Virus record (IMG/VR): IMGVR_UViG_3300035540_000033
Span: 1 to 25,739 of that record
Source of the DNA: a virus
Taxonomy: Duplodnaviria; Caudoviricetes
Length of the DNA: 25,739 nt
Reading direction: 5' to 3' (one strand)
Shown here: piece after piece, positions 24,534-25,739 of the stretch
Layout: every line of letters begins with the position of its first letter
Numbering within the stretch: position 1 is the stretch's first letter
Program-made: the position numbers and the translations under genes
Notes under the pieces: model-generated
Seen by the model: only the letters and a program-made list of their open reading frames with translations
What the model was told of the DNA's origin: nothing
Databases searched by the model: none

Positions 24534-25112
24534 TTAGGTATTTGCTAATATATCTTTAAGTTCAATTTTGGGAAAACAAGTTAAGGCTGAATTTGGATTA
24601 GCATTTATTATATTTTTATCTGTTTCTTTTGCGATGGCTTCAAAATGCAACATAAATCTATTGTAGATATCTTGCCTTGGGTTCTTTTTGTTATAATAAT
24701 CGTGATAATTTGATTTACCATTTACAAATTGCATGTCAAACCCCAAAAGAACAATGGTATCGAACCCTTTTCTTATAGCTAAGTTAATAGCAGTAGCACC
24801 AGAATTCGCCATACCATTCGGAAAAGCTAATTTACCGGGTTCAAAACAAATCATATGTTTCTTGCATCTTTGATAATATTCTACTTTTTTATCATTTTTA
24901 GCTGCACCACTACATGAAACAATTTTATTTGGCCATTTTTGAATATCTTGTTTATGGTTTTTATAAAAAGAAGAATCCGCAAACATCCAAACATCAATCA
25001 AAGTACCGAGGCGGAAAGCCTCGTTAATTCCTATGATATATTCATGTTTTATGAGGGAAAGGTCTACATCTTTCAAGGAAGGCCCTCCCCCTAATATAAA
25101 ACATCGTTTCAT
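24534..25112 (-). CDS. Maf/DUF115-like (GT-related) transferase
   Basis: CFILGGGPSL, IIGINEAF, NSGATAINLA, IVLLGFDM, IINAN motifs. Confidence 0.7.
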   Translation of the reverse strand: MKRCFILGGGPSLKDVDLSLIKHEYIIGINEAFRLGTLIDVWMFADSSFYKNHKQDIQKWPNKIVSCSGAAKNDKKVEYYQRCKKHMICFEPGKLAFPNGMANSGATAINLAIRKGFDTIVLLGFDMQFVNGKSNYHDYYNKKNPRQDIYNRFMLHFEAIAKETDKNIINANPNSALTCFPKIELKDILANT

Positions 25113-25201
25113 CGTTTATTTCTATCTTTAGGTGGTTTACAATTCCCGCGACCTCTATTTAATCTTTTTCCTTGTCCGGAGCCATCTCGTTTTGGTTTCA
25201 T
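25109..25201 (-). CDS. Small basic Gly/Arg-rich peptide (30 aa)
   Basis: AAGGA RBS; MKPKRDGSGQGKRLNRGRGNCKPP...; ATGA overlap. Confidence 0.4.
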   Translation of the reverse strand: MKPKRDGSGQGKRLNRGRGNCKPPKDRNKR

Positions 25202-25287
25202 CTATTTTCCTTTCGTATTTAATTAGGTACATCAACCACTTCAAAACATTCCCATTGTTTTAATTGCGTCTGCCATTTTTATTACTC

Positions 25288-25719
25288 CTATCTTTTAATC
25301 ATTCCCGTAAGTTTTGATTTGCCGTACTCCCGCGCTCCGGTGTATCCTAAATAACCGATACCAAAAACATGTCACAATGCTTCTGGTATCGCGGCTAACC
25401 AAGCCCGCATACCATCAGCTATTTGATCCGCAATAGCCGGACTGAATACTGATAATATCCCCATCGGAATACCACATAAAATCATGATGTAAATTACCCA
25501 GAGAAAGCTTGGTCTGGCCCGACTCGTCCATGGATCACTACTTTTAGCCTCGGCCAGGATCGCGCTCAACTGGATTTCTTGTGCCTTAAATTCACCCTGC
25601 TGTTGTAATTCTAGAGCTTTAAGTTTAAACGCCTGCTTCTGATTTGCATCGACAAAAAACTTATCCGCAACAGTATCAATCGCACCTGTAATAGCTGTTC
25701 CTATGCCCGTAACATCCAT
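25288..25719 (-). CDS. Holin, GTA-type 3-TM family, with in-frame TGA at 25372-25374
   Basis: ILAEAKSSDPWTSRARP + TM segment; past the TGA the frame continues HVFGIGYLGYTGAREYGK to TAG at 25288, matching the family's C-terminal GYxxxR motif. Confidence 0.75.
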
Positions 25720-25739
25720 TACACATCTCCGATTTTTAG

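Noticed and set aside
25222-25276. Mini-ORF MADAIKTMGMF followed by two in-frame TGAs
   Set aside because: Has an RBS, but gives only 17 codons even with readthrough; cannot be distinguished from a gene remnant.
1-25739. Genome-wide UGA reassignment (genetic code 4 or 25)
   Set aside because: Long genes (polA, helicase, portal, primase) have no internal TGA and use TGG for Trp; many genes end in TGA within ATGA overlaps.

Overview
AT-rich fragment of a tailed dsDNA phage or prophage. Essentially all genes are on the minus strand, and many are coupled by ATGA overlaps. In transcription order (right to left) it carries: a 3-TM GTA-type holin interrupted by an in-frame TGA; a modification-type trio (Maf/DUF115-like transferase, degenerate AdoMetDC-like protein, sulfotransferase); small accessory genes including a stand-alone DUF262; an HNH-AP2 / UDG-fused family A DNA polymerase / HNH block followed by an orphan second PolA C-terminal fragment; an isolated portal gene; a dense run of tiny ORFs; an RHH-HNH pair; a non-autonomous IS200/605 IscB element with omegaRNA; a DUF2726-like protein; a replication initiator with internal iteron-like repeats; primase; gp32-like SSB; an intein-containing SF2 helicase; RecA; an endonuclease I-like nuclease; and a Cas4-like exonuclease cut by the window edge. 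The most notable observations are the displaced duplicate PolA tail, two genes with in-frame UGA at probable Trp positions (one is the holin), an intact IscB/omegaRNA element with a reconstructable empty site, and a candidate anti-Shine-Dalgarno sRNA. All family calls come from motif recognition by eye; no database searches were run.
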